A DNA stretch of 64,000 nucleotides from Eledone cirrhosa. Its lineage: Eukaryota. Below the pieces are notes generated by a model, which saw only the letters and a list, made by a program, of their open reading frames with translations, ran no database searches and had not been told where the DNA came from. The stretch covers positions 1,240,001 to 1,304,000 of the forward strand of contig OZ024740.1 of the NCBI GenBank assembly GCA_964016885.1. Reading direction: 5' to 3'. The first letter of the stretch is position 1, and each line of letters starts with the position of its first letter. Below are positions 14,438 through 26,766 of this stretch, piece after piece. The position numbers and the translations under genes were made by a program.

Positions 14438-14699
14438 TTCGTTTCTGAATTTGTTTAGCAAGATTCTTTATCTGAAATCGTGTGTTGAAACCGATATTGT
14501 TATACTTTGGGAGGGTCATGTTGCCAATAAGAAACACACGCACCAGTTGCTTTCACTTCAATTTATTATATATTTATAAATTTATAAATTTATAAATCTA
14601 CAAACTTATAAATTTCTGGTTGGTTGGTTGGTTCCACAACCAGATAGTTGTTTATATATAGTCATAGTCCTTTCGTCACACACTCTGTGACCTCTTCAG

Positions 14700-15326
14700 T
14701 ATAGGAGCAAATTTTGGAATAGAATAGAAAGAACTAGGAACAAGGCCAATAGAATAAACTCATGGTATGATAGCAATAAATCCCAGAGTGTAATGTTCAT
14801 CAATACAACCCCTAGAGGCGAACTAGTCTACAAATTTAGAAGGGCCCTAAATAAACATAATCTCAATATTAAGATAGTAGAAAGACCTGGTACCTCCGTA
14901 AAAACACTTATTAGCAAGACATACCCGTTCCAAAGACCCTCATGTATAGATAAGAAATGTATAACCTGTAAAATAAGCCCCCATATTAACTGTAAAACTA
15001 GAAATGTAGTGTATAGCATAAGATGTACTGAAGGACAATGTAGAAACAAAAATATAGTGTACATAGGTGAGACAGCTCGTAGTATAGGGGAACGAATAAA
15101 TGAACACTGGCGAGACCTCCAAGATAATAAAGAATCATCTGTGCTCTACCAACATGCTAAGATAGAACACAGGGGTAGATTAGAGAGCATAGAAATAAAA
15201 ATAGAATCCACACACAGAAAAGACGCTATGTTTAGGCAAATTACAGAGGCAGTAAGCATAAAAGAATTAAAACCAAAATTAAATAGAAAATATGAGTGGA
15301 ACAGCAACATCACAACTTACAATTAA
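14700..15326 (+). CDS. C-terminal part of Penelope-like ORF: post-RT linker, Cys knuckle, GIY-YIG endonuclease (partial)
   Basis: Frame open from 14700: YRSKFWNRIER...WY...SVMFINTTPRGEL, CIDKKCITC, NVVYSIRC...YIGETAR...ERINEH...H...H...RQITEA...LNRKYEW. Confidence 0.9.
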   Translation, partial: YRSKFWNRIERTRNKANRINSWYDSNKSQSVMFINTTPRGELVYKFRRALNKHNLNIKIVERPGTSVKTLISKTYPFQRPSCIDKKCITCKISPHINCKTRNVVYSIRCTEGQCRNKNIVYIGETARSIGERINEHWRDLQDNKESSVLYQHAKIEHRGRLESIEIKIESTHRKDAMFRQITEAVSIKELKPKLNRKYEWNSNITTYN

Positions 15327-15613
15327 GGACAAAATGAAAACACACACACACATAGAACAAACAACTTACAATTAAGGACAAAATGAAAACACACACAAAA
15401 TGAAAACACACACAGGACAAAATGAAAACACACACACACATAGAACAAACAACCAGCCAACAATAAATAAATAAATAAATAAACAAATAGATAAATGAAC
15501 ACAAACACACACAGACACCCGGATGTGGCGCATGCGCAAACAACACACACACAGAAACAAAATGGCGTAGGATAGAAGAAAGGAAAGGCACAGAAACGAA
15601 GAAAGGAATCCCC

Positions 15614-15658
15614 AGTCACTGAAGAGGTCACAGAGTGTGTGACGAAAGGACTATGACT
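15614..15658 (+). ncRNA. Minimal type I hammerhead in the P1 pLTR
   Basis: AGTCA / CTGAAGA / extra G / GTCACA-gagtg-TGTGAC / GAAA-GGAC-TA / TGACT; CUA cleavage triplet. Confidence 0.78.
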
Positions 15659-15827
15659 ATATATAAACAACTATCTGGTTGTGGAACCAACCAACCAACC
15701 AGAAATTTATAAGTTTGTAGATTTGTAAATTTATAAATATATAATAAATTGAAGTGAAAGCAACTGGTGCGTGTGTTTCTTATTGGCAACATGACCCTCC
15801 CAAAGTATAACAATATATATATATACT

Positions 15828-15858
<31 letters not shown>

Positions 15859-15941
15859 GGAAAAAATGAAACGATATTTCATACTTATATTTATATATAT
15901 ATATATACTTATATATATATATATATATAAGTATATATATA

Positions 15942-16674
15942 TGTATCCGAACAGCGATGTTGCATGGTAGTGAGACCTGGGCGCTGAAGGTGGAAGACTT
16001 ACGTAGATTAGAGAGAAACGAAGCCTGCATGCTCCGATGGATGTGTAACAGTAATATACGTGAACGACAAAGCATAAAGGAATTGAGAGAGAGACTGAGC
16101 ATAAGAGGAATCAAATGCTGCGTGCAGGAGAGGCGGTTACGCTGGTATGGACATGTGATGCGTATGAAGGATGACAGCTGCATAAAAAGGTGCAGAGCAC
16201 TAGAAGTTGATGGAAACCGCGGAGTGGGGAGACCCAAGATGACTTGGGATGAGGTGATAAAAGCCGACCTTACCCAACTACACCTCTCAAAGTCAATGAC
16301 ACACGACCGTGACTTCTGGCGTCACGCAGTAATACAGGGTACCCGACCTCCCATGGGTACATGCTGAAGCATATAAACAATATGCCCCCCCCCCCCCACT
16401 GCAAGGTGGTCGTGGAGGTGCCACAGCAAAAAAGCACCCAGCCCACACTGTAAAGTGGACGTGTAGGCGCCACGAAAAAGCACCCAGCACTCACTGTAAA
16501 TGAGGTTGGTGTTAGGAAGGGCATCCAGCTGTAGAAATCAAGCCAGATCAGTTCCTGTATGAGCAAGGCATGGTCAGCCGACCAGACACTGCCCACAACA
16601 GGACAACCCGTCTAACCCATGCTAGCGTGGAAGAACGGACGTAAAACGGTGATGATGATGATGATGATGATGAT
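15942..16674 (+). mobile_element. RTE family A 3' fragment
   Basis: MLHGSETW...GTRPPMGTC, 3'UTR and (GAT)n tail; near-identical to the element at 4994-8651. Confidence 0.95.
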
Positions 16675-16691
16675 ATATATATACTTATATA

Positions 16692-17300
16692 TATCATCAT
16701 CATCATCATCATCAGGTTTAGCGTCCGTATTCCACGCTTGCATGGGTTTGGACGGGGGTTTTCCCACTTGAGGCAAGAGTGGTTGTCTTGCTCGCATAGG
16801 ACTGTCTGGCGGGTTTTCTACAGTTGGATGCCCTTCCTAACACCAACCACATTTACAGTGTGGGGCTGGGAGGTTTTTACCGTGTTGCCTACACGGCCAC
16901 ATTACAGCGTGGACTGTCTGGCGGGTTTTCTACAGCTGGATGCCCTTCCTAACACCAACCACATTTACAGTGTGGGGCTGGGAGGTTTTTACCGTGTTGC
17001 CTACACGGCCACATTTACAGCGTGGACTGTGTGTTTTTTGTCGTGACACCTACACGATCTCATTTGTTTCGGCCTGGATGTTGTGGGACCAACATAACTT
17101 TACATTGAAAGGGGCGGTGTGGGTGGGGTGGAGGTGGTGGGACGGGGGTGTGTTTTGATAGAGATGCCTACTGACTGTAGTAGGTTTTTACTTTGTATTT
17201 AGGTAAGGCAGGTCTTCTCTATTACTGAGTACCGCCAAAGGTCTCGGTCCAGTGACATTTGACATTTATTGTCTCGGTCCAGTGACATTTGACATTTGAC
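16692..17300 (-). mobile_element. RTE family B 3' fragment with a 112-bp internal duplication and stuttered 5' end
   Basis: (CAT)n tail; SLDRDLWRYSVIEKTCLT ORF end; GGACTGTCTGGCGGG at 16799 and 16911. Confidence 0.88.
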
Positions 17301-17320
17301 ATATATATATATATATATAT

Positions 17321-17568
17321 TTCGTTTCTGAATTTGTTTAGCAAGATTCTTTATCTGAAATCGTGTGTTGAAACCGATATTGTTATACTTTGGGAGGGTC
17401 ATGTTGCCAATAAGAAACACACGCACCAGTTGCTTTCACTTCAATTTAATTTATTAAATATTTATAAATTTGTAAATTTATAAATATTTAATAAATTAAA
17501 TTGAAGTGAAAGCAACTGGTGCGTGTGTTTCTTATTGGCAACATGACCCTCCCAAAGTATAACAATAT
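17321..17568. mobile_element. Minimal fold-back P1 insertion (192-bp palindrome + 56-nt extension)
   Basis: 17377-17568 is a palindrome with 95-bp arms around GT; outer termini match those of 14438-15816. Confidence 0.9.
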
Positions 17569-17577
17569 ATATATATA

Positions 17578-17911
<334 letters not shown>

Positions 17912-17912
17912 C

Positions 17913-17975
<63 letters not shown>

Positions 17976-17997
17976 CTTATATATATATATATATATA

Positions 17998-18032
<35 letters not shown>

Positions 18033-18095
18033 TTATATATATATATATATACTTATATATATATATATATATACTTATATATATATATATATATA

Positions 18096-18132
<37 letters not shown>

Positions 18133-18261
18133 TTATATATATATATATATACTTATATATATATATATATACTTATATATATATATATATATACTTATAT
18201 ATATATATATATATATACTTATATATATATATATATATACTTATATATATATATATATATA

Positions 18262-18294
<33 letters not shown>

Positions 18295-18315
18295 TTATAT
18301 ATATATATATATATA

Positions 18316-18370
<55 letters not shown>

Positions 18371-18428
18371 TTATATATATATATACTTATATATATATAT
18401 ATATAAGTATATATATATATATATATAA

Positions 18429-18509
18429 GCCAGAATCAGTTCCCGTCTCACCCTTGCAAGCAGGGAAAAGTGGACGTAAAATGAAATGATGAATGATGAT
18501 GATGATGAT
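18429..18509 (+). mobile_element. Very short RTE-type 3' end
   Basis: AGCCAGAATCAGTTCC...GGACGTAAAATG...(GAT)n resembles the RTE tails in this window. Confidence 0.6.
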
Positions 18510-18531
18510 ATATATACTTATATATATATAT

Positions 18532-21500
18532 ATTACTCTTTTACTCTTTTACCTGTTTCAGCCATCCGGCTGAGGCCATGCTGGGGCACCGCCCTTGTTG
18601 CTACACATTTTATCTCCAGCCTGTATAGGTTGGCCACTGGTGTAGGAGGGAGTTTGTTGCTGCTGCCCTTAGGTTTCCCTCGTGTCTTGCTGTGGGCTCA
18701 TCCGGGATCCTGGATAACAAAGTGTCGAGATGTTTCTTAAAGACATCCACCTCCACGTCATGCAAGTCTCGCAGATGCCTCGGCAGCCTGTTGAAGAGTT
18801 GAGGGCCCTTGAATCCCAGGCTATTGCAATACCTGCTCCTTATTCTAGATGTGGAAGACGGGACCTTTGGCACCACACAGTGACGTCCTGTTCGACGGTT
18901 GGTCCAGCTCCCAATGCCAAAGTTTGGTGCTAGTCCCTCCAGGATTTTCCACATGTAGATCACTGCGTATCTCTCCCGTCTTCGCTCCAAGGAGTAGAGG
19001 TTCAGTTCCTTTAGCCTCTCCCAGTAGCTTGTCTCCCTCATCTTGGCAATCCTCTTGGTGTAGCTTCGCTGGATTGCCTCAAGCTCCGTGGTTAGTTTGA
19101 CACTATGGGGTGACCACAGCTGGGAGCAGTAGTCCAGGCGGCTTAGGACAAAAGTCCTCCACAGTGTCAACATGGTGTCTCGATCTCTTGTAAGGAAAGT
19201 CCTCAAGATCCAGCCAGCGAATCGTCTACATGTTGTCGCCACCTTCATGATGTGTGAAGAAAAAGATGCATCATCGCTCATGTCTATGCCCAGATCTCGT
19301 ATCGATTTTGACACGGGGATATCGGTCCCTTCTGGTCCTGTGTAGCTGTGTTCCGCTATATTTGTGTTTGTGTTTGCAGGTTTGTATTGTAGGGCTTGGA
19401 ATTTGCCAGCATTAAACTGCATGTTGTTTTCTTCCGCCCATCTGTATATGGCATCCAGATCCTGCTGTAAGAGGGCAGCGTCAGCCGGGTTTTTGATTGC
19501 CTGTGCTACCTTAGTGTCATCAGCATAACTAGTGAGGGATGTTGTTGCATGCACCACAGAGGGCATGTCCGAGAGAGCCACCAACAACAGTAGTGGTCCC
19601 AGGACTGTCCCCTGGGGCACCCCACTTGTTATCGGTGTTTCCCTCGAGAGGGCCCTATTTGCTGCGACTGCCTGGCTTCTGTCCCTTAGGAAGCCATGCA
19701 GCCACTCACCTACTTTTCCAGTTATGCCGAGTCCGTGTAGTTTGTGACATATCATTCCGTGGTCGACCTTGTCAAAGGCCTTCGCAAAGTCAAGATATAT
19801 CACGTCTACATGTGAGCTGTCTAGTAGTTGTCTCAGTACCCAGTCGTAGTGATGTAGCAGCTGTGTAAGGCAGCTTCTTCCTGGGCGGAAGCCATGTTGC
19901 GTGCTAGTCAGGCGGTCATTTTCTTCGAGGAAAGTGATTAGTTTCTTTCTGACGACTCGCTCCATGACCTTACTGATATGCGACGTCAGGGAGACTGGCC
20001 TATAGTTCTTGGCCTCCGCTCTACTACCTCCTTTATGGATAGGGCATATTGTGCCTTCTTTCAGCTCCCTGGGTAGTACACCGCTAGCCAAGGAGCTTCT
20101 GAAGAGCATCTTCAGTGGGGTTGCTAAGGCCCGCTTACATATTTTTAGGAGAACTGCTGGGAATCCATCAGGTCCAGCAGCCGAGTCTGTTCTAATTTCA
20201 TCAATGGCGTACACCACATCCTCCTCCGTTATGTCTATGTGGTTGATGGTTGCCATTTCTTGATGTAGTGTTGTGGCATCAAAGAACTCCTCTGGCTTCG
20301 TTATTTGCATGTGCCTCAGTGGACATGTGAAGACACTTTTGTACTGTTCGTTCAGTATTTCACATATCTCTTGGGGATTTTCGGTTAATGAACCGTCCGT
20401 GTGGAAGAGTGGTCCAATCTTGCAGTGTACTGAGGCAGTTTCTTTTGCAAATTTAAAGAAGGCCTTAGGGTTTGTTTTAATGTTTTCTATGGCCCTGTTC
20501 TCTTTCTTTGCCCTCTCATTCTCATGTGAAAGTTTGAGTGCAATCTCGGTGTCAAGTAGTGCACGTTTCAAATAGGATTCCTTCTTGTTTTGTTTTGTTG
20601 ACTATTCAACTGGTTTGAGAGTTTAGTTCTACGTCTCATAAGGATTTTCCTATCTCTGGGAATAAGATTTTTGTGTCTGTTTGCCTCTTTCTCCGGGACA
20701 CAATTTTTGCATATGGTGTGTATCGTTGCCATGAAGTGTTGAAATTGTGTGTTAGTGTCTTGTGTGGCGATGTTTTCACTCCATGTTTGCTTCCGGATTT
20801 CACTCTTAATCTTTTTCCAGTTAGCCTTGTAGAAGTTAAGGTTGGATAGCGTCCCGGAGCTTCTTGGTGGTTTTGTCTCTGTTGGTTCTCTTGGACCACA
20901 TATCATTAGCTCTACTAAGTTATGATCCGAGAGAATTGTTGGTGTCACCTTTACATTGTGGATGAGCACTTCGTTGTTTGTAAAACAGAGGTCCAGGACA
21001 TTTTCGCCTCTTGTTGGGAGGAGTATTGCCTGCTCCAAGAACAGCCTGTGTTTGAGGGCCAGCAGGGATTCCGTCTGTCTCTGTTCTATTGACGTCATTC
21101 CAGGGAGGAGGTGGCCCTCAGGCCATTTGACCTTTGGTAGGTTGAAGTCTCCCAGCAGTAGGATGTTGAGACCCTGGTCCAGTTTGTCAAGGACCTCTTC
21201 TATCCTACTTAGGCTATCCTCAAATTTACCCTCATGACTGGGGGCATCAGGCGGCCGATATGTGACACATATTACCGTCTGTAGTTGCTTCATATGTATT
21301 ATCAGTGTGTCACAGACTGAGTTTGAATGTGTCAACAGTACAATTGGTGTGACATCTTCACGGATATACAGAGCAACCCCACCATGAGTTCTCTCCTTCC
21401 TGTCCGAACGAAATACAGTATATTTCGGTATATGTATTTCTGCATCTGCTATACTGCTTGTCAGGTGCGTTTCGGGTAGTGCCATGCATAGTGCTTGATT

Positions 21501-21838
21501 GCTTATGGCTAAGTCTCCCAGGTAGAAAATTTTACTCATGTTGCTGAGTTTCACCAGGCCCCTGACATTCAGCAGCAGCACTGGTGTGACTTTTGGGGTG
21601 CCAGTAATGGCTGTCGGTATGACACCTGGTCTGGTATCAGCGGCGGCCACTCTGGGTCCCTTAACTGCGGTGGTCTCGAGTGCTGGTGTGGATGACCCTG
21701 ACTCTGGAGACGATGCAGCCAGGTCAGCTGTCCCACAATCTTCTCTGCCATCACTAAAAAATTTTTCTGATCTGCTGCTGCCATCTGTATCTCGTCGGCA
21801 TGTGCGTGCCTTCTCCTTGTTGGTGCAGCACGCGCTGT
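18532..21838 (-). mobile_element. CR1/Jockey-group LINE, 5'-truncated, (AAAAGAGT)n tail
   Basis: APE and RT reading frames separated by one frameshift; short 3'UTR GGCGGTGCCCCAGCATGGCC...CTGAAACAGGTAAAAGAGTAAAAGAG. Confidence 0.92.
18610..21650 (-). pseudogene. LINE ORF2 (APE + RT) with a single frameshift near 20570-20600
   Basis: 20568-21650: LLNVRGL, PETHL, GDFNLP, LDLCF, SDHNLV. 18610-20571: NYRPVSLTS, QHGFRPGRSC, YLDFAKAFD, GVPQGTVLGP, YADD. Confidence 0.9.
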
Positions 21839-22000
21839 ATATAAGTATATATATATATATATATATACTTATATATATACTTATATATATATATATATAC
21901 TTATATATATATATATATATATATACTTATATATATATATACTTATATATATATATACTTATATATATATATATATATATATATAAGTATATATATATAT

Positions 22001-22207
22001 ATCATCATCATCATCATCATCATCATGTTTAGCGTCCGTGTTCCACGCTTGCATGGGTTTGGACGGGGGTTTTCCCACTTGAGGCAAGAGTGGTTGTCTT
22101 GCTCACATAGGACTGTCTAGCGGGTTTTCTACAGTTGGATGCCCTTCCTAACACCAACCACATTTACAGTGTGGGGCTGGGAGGTTTTTACCGTGTTGCC
22201 TACACGG
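22001..22207 (-). mobile_element. RTE family B 3' end
   Basis: (CAT)n followed by GTTTAGCGTCCGTGTTCCACGCTTGCATGGG, matching 16692 onward. Confidence 0.88.
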
Positions 22208-22309
22208 ATATATATATATATATATAAGTATATATATATATATAAGTATATATATATATATATATATATAAGTATATATATATATATAAGTATATATATA
22301 TATATATAA

Positions 22310-22342
<33 letters not shown>

Positions 22343-22383
22343 TATATCTATATATATATATACTTATATATATATATATATAC

Positions 22384-24218
22384 ATTAACTGCTATAAGGG
22401 AAAAGGAGATGCCCTAGATAGGAGTAACTATAGAGGCATTAAATTAATCGACCAGGTCATGAAGGTCACGGAAAAAGTAATAGCGCAACTAATCAGAGAG
22501 AGAATTGATCTAGATGAAATGCAGTTCGGGTTTGTGTCAGGCAAAAGTACCACAGACGCTCTTTTCATTGTACGACAACTACAGGAGAAGTACCTAGCTA
22601 AAAGTAAACCCCTATACTTAGCTTTCGTCGACTTGGAGAAAGCCTTCGACAGAGTCCCCGTTCCATTATCTGGTGGGCTCTTAGAAAACTAGGTGTTGAC
22701 GAATAGCTTGTGAGAGCTATACAAGCCATGTATAAAGAAACAGTCAGTAAGGTTAGAATTAACAACGAATATAGTGAAGAGTTTAGCGTAAAAGTTGGTG
22801 TCCATCAGGGCTCTGTTCTTAGCCCCCTACTATTTATTATTGCCCTTCAGGCTATAACAGAGGAGTTCAAGACCGGCTGCCCATGGGAACTCCTATACGC
22901 AGATGATCTAACGCTCATAGCTGAATCAATGACCGAACTAGAGAAGAAATTCCAAACATGGAAGCACGGCCTAGAATCAAAAGGCCTTAAAATTAACCTG
23001 GCTAAGACTAAAGTTCTAGTTTGTAGGAAAGAAAACAAGGCGGCGGTCCCTTCTGGGAAATGGTCGTGCTCGGTGTGTAGGAAAGGCGTAGGTAGAAACT
23101 CCATTTTATGTCCTAAATGCAAAGTATGGGTGCATAAAAGATGTAGTGGGATCACAGGTAAGCTAACTAAGAACATAGATTTTACATGTGGCCGGTGTTC
23201 TGGTGCAATAAGTAGCAGCAAGTGCCCACAAAATACTAGCTCTTTCAATTGCGCAGAGGGTTCTATAGAAATAGTGGACAGCTTCCGTTACCTGGGCGAT
23301 AAAATCAGCAGTGGGGGAGGGTGCTCTGAAAGTACAGTAGCTAGAGTCAGAACTGGTTGGAAAAAGTTCAGAGAGCTTATACCACTATTAGCTGCTAAAG
23401 GGTTCTCCCTAAAAATGAAAGGCAGGTTGTACGATGCCTGCATACGAACAGCAATGTTGCATGGCAGTGAGACCTGGGCATTGTGTGCAGAGGATATACG
23501 CTGGATGTGTAACAGTAATATACGTGAACGGCAAAGCATAAACGAACTAAGGAAAAAATTAGAGATAAGAGGGATCAGATGTTGTTTACTCGAGAGAAGG
23601 CTACGTTGGTATGGACACGTGATGCGCATGAAAGTCGATAGCTGTATAACAAAGTGCAGGGCAATAAAGATAGACGGTAGCCACGGAATAGGCAGACCTA
23701 GAAAAACCTGGGACGAGCTGATAAACTCCGACCTCACACACTTACACCTCTCCAAGACAATGTCACTGGACCGAGACCTTTGGCGGTACTCAGTAACAGA
23801 GAAGACCTGCCTTACCTAAATATATAGTAAAACCTACTCCAGCCAGTAGGCATCTCTAACAAAATACACCCCGTCCCACCACCACCACCCCCACCCCATC
23901 CACACCACCCCGTTCTATGTAAAGTTATGTTGGTGCCGCGCCATCCAGGCCGAAACAAATGAGATCGTGTAGGTGTCACGACAAAAAAAACACACAGTCC
24001 ACGCTGTAATGTGGCCGTGTAGGCAACACGGTAAAAACCTCCCAGACCCACACTGTAAATGTGGTTGGTGTTAGGAAGGGCATCCAACTGTAGAAAACCT
24101 GCCAGACAGTCCTATGCGAGCAAGACAATCACTCTTGCCTCAAGTGGGACTACCCCCGTCCAAACCCATGCAAGCGTGGAACACGGACGTTAAACGTTGA
24201 TGATGATGATGATGATGA
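22384..24218 (+). mobile_element. RTE family B, 5'-truncated, disrupted RT/PHD/C-terminus
   Basis: [27 protein letters not shown]...CPKC...HKRC...CGRC; frameshift near 22660, stop near 22705; (GAT)n tail. Confidence 0.93.
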
Positions 24219-24249
24219 TATATTTATATATATATATATACACATATGA

Positions 24250-24281
<32 letters not shown>

Positions 24282-24807
24282 ACGGTGATGAATTAGTTTT
24301 GCGAGGTTTTTTATATGAAATCGTGTGTCGAAACAAATATTGTTATACTTGGGGAGGGTCATATTTGTGTAATATTGCCAGAATTAATAACAGAACACAC
24401 TCACTGTTTGGTTGGTTTTCGCCTCTGTGTCTTTTATATCGGTTAATTTAATTTATTCGGTCCTCAATGTTACCATTGACTGACCAATGGTCAAAAATAC
24501 AGATACAATATAGACACAAACACATATATATAGTCTATCAAAGTTCTTTCGTTGCACATCTGCAACATTATCAGTGGTGCTATTATGTTTCCTCCCGTTG
24601 CATTGTATGCTTACGCCATCTTTAGTCTGTTGATTTATTTATTTATTTGTTGTTTTTTTTGTATTTTTGACTTCTTTGCGCATGCGTTTGCGTGTGTGTA
24701 TAGTGTTTTGTTTGATGTGTGTTCTTGCTTGAGTGACTGTGTATTGGTTAATGTATTCTATCTTAGTTTACTAGTGTGTGTTTATATGTGTTTGTTGTTA
24801 TTGCATA

Positions 24808-25287
24808 GGGAAATTAGCTAACCAGTGTAGAAAGGCCCTGACAATGACCCACTTAAAGATTAAGGTGGTAGAAAAGCCAGGAACCACCATAAAATCCCTG
24901 ATCAGCAAAACCTACCCTTTTAAGAAAACCCACTGTACTAATAGGAAATGTATCATATGTAAAGTAAACCCCCGGATAAAGTGTAAAACTAGAAACGTAG
25001 TCTATAGCATAAGATGTACAGAGGGTACTTGCAGAAACATGACAACAACATACATAGGCGAAACAGCTCGTAGCATAGGTGAAAGGATAGACCAACACTG
25101 GGGGGAACTAAAAGGACGAAAAAACGGTTCAGTACTATACGAACATGCTAGACAACAAGACAACGGTAATATAGACAACATAGAAGTTAGAATAATATCT
25201 AAACATAGAAATGACCCAGCAGATAGGCAAATCAGAGAGGCCAGCGAAATAGAACTTAGTAGGCCAAGGCTAAACAGAAAAAATTAA
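24808..25287 (+). pseudogene. Penelope-like GIY-YIG endonuclease fragment
   Basis: VVEKPGT, CTNRKCIIC, NVVYSIRC, YIGETAR, RQIREA, LNRKN*W; clear homologue of 14700-15326. Confidence 0.87.
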
Positions 25288-25510
25288 TGGAATAACAATA
25301 ACACCCAAACAAACAACACTGACCTAAGAGAAATATAAATAAATAAATAAATAAATACATACATACACAAGCACAATAACAACAAACACATATAAACACA
25401 CACTAGTAAACTAAGATAGAATACATTAACCAATACACAGTCACCCAAACAAGAACATACATCAAACAAAACACTATACACACACGCAAACGCATGCGCA
25501 GAGAAGACAA

Positions 25511-25541
<31 letters not shown>

Positions 25542-25595
25542 CAGACTAAATAAAGATGGCGTAGGCATATAATGCAACGGGAGGAAACATAATAG

Positions 25596-25640
25596 CACCA
25601 CTGACGATGTTGCAGATGTGCAACAAAAGAACTTTGATAG
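25596..25640 (+). ncRNA. Decayed hammerhead in the P2 pLTR
   Basis: CTGACGA-T-GTTGCA-gatg-TGCAAC-(A)AAA-GAAC-TT. The inverted copy near 24535-24580 keeps GAAA but reads CTGATAA. Helix I is weak. Confidence 0.5.
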
Positions 25641-25851
25641 ACTATATATATGTGTTTGTGTCTATATTGTATGTGTATTTTTGACCGTTGGTCAGTCAAT
25701 GGTAACATTGAGGACCGAATAAATTAAATTAACCGATATAAAAGACACAGAAGCGAAAACCAACCAAACAGTGAGTGTGTTCTGTTATTAATTCTGGCAA
25801 TACTATTTCACAAATATGACCCTCCCCAAGTATAACAATATATATATATAT

Positions 25852-26752
25852 ATCATCATCATCATCATCATCATCGTTTAACGTCCATCTTCCACGCTTG
25901 CATGGGTTTGGACGGGAGTTTTCCCACTTGAGGCAAGATTGGTTGTCTTGCTCGTATAGGACTGTCTGACGGGTTTTCTATGGCTGAATGCCCTTCCTAA
26001 CACCAACCACATTTACAGTGTGGACTGGGAGGTTTTTACCGTGTTACCTACACGGCCACATTACAGCGTGGACAGTGTTTTTTTGTTGCGATACCTACAC
26101 GACCTCATTTGTTTCGGACTGAATGTTGTGGTACCAACATAACTTCACATTGAAGGGGGCGGTGTGGATGGGGTGGGGGTAGTGGGACAGGAGTGTATTT
26201 TTGTTAGAGGTGCCTACTGACTGTAGGTTTCGCTTTGTACTTAGGCAAGGTGGGTCTTCTGTATTACTGTGTAGCGCCAAAGATCTCGGTCCAGTGACAT
26301 TGTCTTGGAGAGGTGTAAGTGTGTGAGGTCGGAATTTATCAAGTCGTCCCAGGTTTTTCTGGGTCTGCCTACTCCGTGGCTACTGTCTATTTTTATCGCC
26401 CTGCACTTTTTTATACAGCTGTCGTATTTCATGCGCATCACGTGACCATTCCAACGTAGTCTTCTCTCGAGTAAACAACATCTGATCCCTCTTATTTCTA
26501 ATTTCTCCCTTAGTACGTTTATGCTTTGCCATTCACGTATATTACTATTACACATCCAGCGGAGCATGCAAGCTTCGTTTCTCTCCAGTCTGCGTATATC
26601 CTCTGCACACAATGCCCAGGTCTCACTGCCATGTAACATTGCTGTTCATATGCAGGCATCATACAGCCTGCCTTTCATTTTTAGAGAGAACCCTTTAGCG
26701 GCCAATAGTGGTATAAGCTCTCTGAACTTTTTCCATCCCGTTCTGACTCTCT
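25852..26752 (-). mobile_element. RTE family B 3' fragment
   Basis: MLHGSETW...GRPRKTW ORF end, 3'UTR, (CAT)n tail. Confidence 0.92.
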
Positions 26753-26766
26753 CTATATATATATAT

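Larger units (their letters stand above)
14438..15816 (+). mobile_element. Penelope-like element family P1 (Naiad-like), 5'-truncated, with inverted pLTR arm
   Basis: 14494-14700 is the near-exact reverse complement of 15618-15816, plus a 56-nt extension at 14438-14493. GIY-YIG ORF lies between the arms. Both ends run into (AT)n. Confidence 0.9.
24281..25841 (+). mobile_element. Penelope-like element family P2 (Naiad-like), with inverted 5' arm
   Basis: 24337-24803 is a diverged reverse complement of about 25374-25841, plus a 56-nt extension at 24281-24336. GIY-YIG fragment between the arms; flanked by (AT)n. Confidence 0.88.

Noticed and set aside
14700-15600. Selenocysteine recoding, reported for some Naiad elements
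   Set aside because: No in-frame TGA in the visible P1 ORF, and I could not identify a SECIS by eye. The RT region is missing, so it is untested there.
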